DNA of 64,000 bases from Octopus bimaculoides (lineage: Eukaryota). Shown one piece after another: positions 63,561-64,000 of this stretch (its first letter is position 1; each line of letters starts with the position of its first letter). The position numbers and the translations under genes were made by a program. Below the pieces are notes generated by a model that saw only the letters and a program-made list of their open reading frames with translations, was not told the origin of the DNA and ran no database searches. The stretch lies in assembly GCF_001194135.2 (NCBI RefSeq), contig NC_068997.1:4740927-4804926 (forward strand), read 5' to 3'.

Positions 63561-63829
63561 CTTATTAATAATAACAATATTAATAATAATAACTGTTTTG
63601 TTTATTCACCAGTTTATGTCTAGGACAAATGTTTATCTGTTGAGGAAGACAAGACGAGATTTCCATTTTGGTATTGGTCTGGTGTTAAAATATTTTGCCA
63701 AGGGAATAAAGATTCTTTTTTTTTTAATAAATTTAGAGTGACACTTGTCTTATAAAGTGTTCAGTGTTAATAGATAAGGTTTTATGTCAAGTAACTCTTA
63801 TATCACACAAGGAGCATTCTCTATCTAGA

Positions 63830-63953
63830 TATGTGTGTGTATACATGTATGTATATGTTTGTGTGTGTGTGCATGTGTCTGTATGTATATATGTGTATGC
63901 ATGTATACATATATATATATATATGTATATATATATGTATATATATGTGTATA

Positions 63954-64000
<47 letters not shown>
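63830..64000. repeat. (TG/TA)n compound microsatellite
   Basis: Direct reading. Confidence 0.95.

Overview
AT-rich, microsatellite-dense, gap-riddled eukaryotic genomic DNA. The repeat families and (TA)n/(CA)n/(ATG)n load look like an octopod cephalopod short-read assembly; this is inferred from recognition, not a search. No ORF in the supplied track is a credible intact host gene: they are N-gap, microsatellite or decayed-transposon artefacts. The window is mostly a TE graveyard. Retroelements: a Neptune-like Penelope element, Dong/R4, HERO, Tx1/L1 and RTE fragments, and several SINE families. DNA transposons: three Tc1/mariner lineages (DD41D-like, DD37D-like, mariner), a hAT-Charlie transposase remnant with TIRs and TSD, and hAT MITEs. 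There are also several long foldback palindromes. The best host-gene signal is on the + strand: a candidate ATG-containing first exon (30616-30659, donor GC|GTGAGT) in a CpG-retaining domain, and a candidate 16-nt microexon about 29.6 kb downstream (60238-60253). They splice in frame to MSVFADSNDVVGNSALTCAG, and the microexon is followed by three TGCATG (Rbfox-type) motifs. Coordinates of degenerate repeats are approximate.
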